Below the pieces are notes generated by a model that worked only from the letters and a program-made list of their open reading frames with translations, searched no databases and was not told the origin of the DNA. A stretch of DNA of 64,000 bases from contig CAWAOD010000016.1 in the NCBI GenBank assembly GCA_963783575.1, positions 1 to 64,000 on the forward strand. Direction: 5' to 3'. Numbering within the stretch: the first letter of the stretch is position 1; each line of letters begins with the position of its first letter. Both the position numbers and the translations under genes were made by a program. Of this stretch, positions 61,944-64,000 are shown piece after piece. The stretch is from an uncultured Spirochaetota bacterium. Lineage in GTDB: Bacteria; Spirochaetota; Brevinematia; Brevinematales; JAOACQ01.

Positions 61944-63755
61944 ATGATCAAAAAAATAGCGGTTATAAGCCTTTACGGCATATTATTTTTTATTGCGGTT
62001 GAGTTGTTTACCGGCTGTCCCGCACTGGCGCCGAATAATAATCCGGGTTCATCCTCTTCATCCCGCATACTGGATTTTTCCAGCAATACAAACGCCTGGA
62101 CTATTATGGTTTATATGGACGGTAATAACAACCTTGCACCCGATGCTCTCGTGAATTTCAATGAAATGGAAGCGGGTTTAACCAATACAAATATTTATGT
62201 GGTTGTGTTATTTGCCCTGTCGCCGAATTACGGCATGCCCTGGTCTGGAGCGCGTCTGTACCATGTTAATTATGACCCGAACGGCCTGGACAGTAACATC
62301 CGTTCAACCAGGCTTGTGGGCACCATTAATGGTATTTATTTATCTCAAAACAATTATACTAACCTGGATATGGCCGATCCGAAAACCCTTAGCTCATTTG
62401 TTGATTTTTCGAAATCACAATTCCCGGCTTCAAATTATATGCTTATACTATGGGACCATGGCGGCGGATGGAGGAATGATATTGAGGGAGAAATTAGCAG
62501 CCGTCCGGGAATAAAAAATACTTTAATGAAGATATCGCATACATCCGGTCAGGCGCATACTGAAAAGGACATAAGCCTGCCCGGAGGCCGCCAGTCAGTT
62601 AAAAAAACCGGCGGTTTTAGAGACATAATCGAAGACGATTTATCGGGCAATGTAATGTACAACTCTCAGGTACGTCAGGCGCTTGCTGGAAAAGGGATAA
62701 CCGTTATAGGATTCGATGCTTGCCTGATGAATATGCTTGAAGTTTGCTATGAGTTTAAAAATACCGCGCAATATCTTGTGGGATCGGTTGAGGAGGAACC
62801 GGCCGCCGGCTGGGATTATCAGGCATTTTTGAGGCTGTTTCTGGCAAGCCCTATGAATACAACAGACTTATGCTCCGCTGCCGTCAATGCTTATTCCAAT
62901 AGATATGTTTCGACTACAGGCACATCGATGTCGGCTGTTGATCTTACGAAGATTGATTTGCTGATGGGCTCTTTCAGTAATTATGTTGTGGATCTGGAAG
63001 CAAATTTAGTAAATCCGGCTCATGATATTTCAGTCTTCTCAAACCAGTCGAACAATTTCCTGAACAATATACAGGAATATGACACCGGTAACGCCGGTAA
63101 CCTGGGCGCCGACATAAACATCGACCTGTGGGATCTTTCCGATAAAATACCGTATGGTTCCACAGCCGGATTAAAGGCCGCTGTCAAGAACGCCGTGATT
63201 TCAGAATGGCACAACTCAGGCGGAACAATTTTTACGGGCGATCCCAATTCGCATGGAATTGCCCTCTATTTCGGAACTTATCAGGGTAGAAGCGGTGATT
63301 TATTTTATGACTACAGTTATATTTTCAGCAATACCTACGCAATACAATTCTTGAACTATTCGCCTTATCCGCAGTATCTCCTGGATTTTTATAATTACCC
63401 TGCTGACGATTTATGGCTTTCTAATAACCAGGTTATTTCCAATAGCATAGGCAGCAACGCAGATCAATACTATGAAATATATATCATCTCAAACGGTACA
63501 TTCACTGTGGATATGCTATCCGGCTCAAATTGTGACGACGATCTCTACCTTTGTGATTTAAACAGCATTGATCAGATTGATCCGGTTGCGGAATCTTCTA
63601 ATAACGGATATGGTGTTTCTCAGCATATAACATATAATACTACCAATACCGGCTGGTACCTGGTTGATGTTTATAGAAAATCAGTACAAACAATAACTGA
63701 TACTAATAATGATTTTAGCCTGGTTGTTTCAAACGGGACTGCAGTACTTAAATGA
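61944..63755 (+). CDS. Clostripain-family (C11) cysteine peptidase lipoprotein with a C-terminal PPC-like domain
   Basis: Lipobox FTGC; WTIMVYMDGNNNL, LWDHGGGW, GFDACLM; DDDLYL...GWYLVDV tail. Confidence 0.9.
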   Translation: MIKKIAVISLYGILFFIAVELFTGCPALAPNNNPGSSSSSRILDFSSNTNAWTIMVYMDGNNNLAPDALVNFNEMEAGLTNTNIYVVVLFALSPNYGMPWSGARLYHVNYDPNGLDSNIRSTRLVGTINGIYLSQNNYTNLDMADPKTLSSFVDFSKSQFPASNYMLILWDHGGGWRNDIEGEISSRPGIKNTLMKISHTSGQAHTEKDISLPGGRQSVKKTGGFRDIIEDDLSGNVMYNSQVRQALAGKGITVIGFDACLMNMLEVCYEFKNTAQYLVGSVEEEPAAGWDYQAFLRLFLASPMNTTDLCSAAVNAYSNRYVSTTGTSMSAVDLTKIDLLMGSFSNYVVDLEANLVNPAHDISVFSNQSNNFLNNIQEYDTGNAGNLGADINIDLWDLSDKIPYGSTAGLKAAVKNAVISEWHNSGGTIFTGDPNSHGIALYFGTYQGRSGDLFYDYSYIFSNTYAIQFLNYSPYPQYLLDFYNYPADDLWLSNNQVISNSIGSNADQYYEIYIISNGTFTVDMLSGSNCDDDLYLCDLNSIDQIDPVAESSNNGYGVSQHITYNTTNTGWYLVDVYRKSVQTITDTNNDFSLVVSNGTAVLK

Positions 63756-63773
63756 GAATATTGAAGGAAAATT

Positions 63774-64000
63774 ATGCATAGAATTCCAATTTTTCTTCTG
63801 TACCTGGCTTTATCATTTTTTATATCCTGTACGTCTGGACAAAAAGGATCAAAATCGGGACCCGGCTCCGGCCATCAGGCGCGCCCTGCCCAAACACTTC
63901 ATACAACTGTTACCGGAGATGAAGAAGATGTTCTGGAAGGTAAAGTTGTCCTTTATAAGGGAAACGACACTGTATACTTTGAACAGAACTGGGAATCAAG
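63774..64000 (+). CDS. Putative lipoprotein, 3'-truncated by the window edge
   Basis: GAAGG RBS; MHRIPIFLLYLALSFFISCTSGQKG..., open to the end of the window. Confidence 0.65.
   Translation, partial: MHRIPIFLLYLALSFFISCTSGQKGSKSGPGSGHQARPAQTLHTTVTGDEEDVLEGKVVLYKGNDTVYFEQNWES

Overview
AT-rich bacterial chromosomal segment, most likely from a free-living spirochaete (inferred from Spirochaetota-type lipoboxes and SH3/WG-repeat proteins; no marker gene proves it). It carries two chemosensory clusters. Cluster 1 is (Hpt protein)-STAS-cheA-mcp-cheW-cheR-cheD-cheB; its CheA P1 looks degenerate and a separate upstream protein has the better Hpt motif. Cluster 2 is an ACF/Wsp-Frz-like sbp-mcp-cheB-cheR(TPR)-cheW-cheW-cheA(REC)-mcp-cheY. 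Also present: PAS/GAF histidine kinases, an HD-GYP regulator, a stand-alone MshEN-like protein, an orphan HEPN gene followed by three covarying two-hairpin repeats, two WG-repeat surface proteins, a secreted beta-carbonic anhydrase fused to a FlgD-like Ig domain, ttcA, an rrf2-cysK-metY sulfur operon with a second metY remnant, EF-G2, HU, a GldAFG-like ABC system, nth, ddpX, an intact IS1182-family element inserted in a REP-like motif, and a clostripain lipoprotein. Intergenic regions hold many REP-like and MITE-like palindromes and heptamer tandem repeats. Four single-G frameshifts are probably sequencing or assembly errors. I saw no rRNA, tRNA or CRISPR array.
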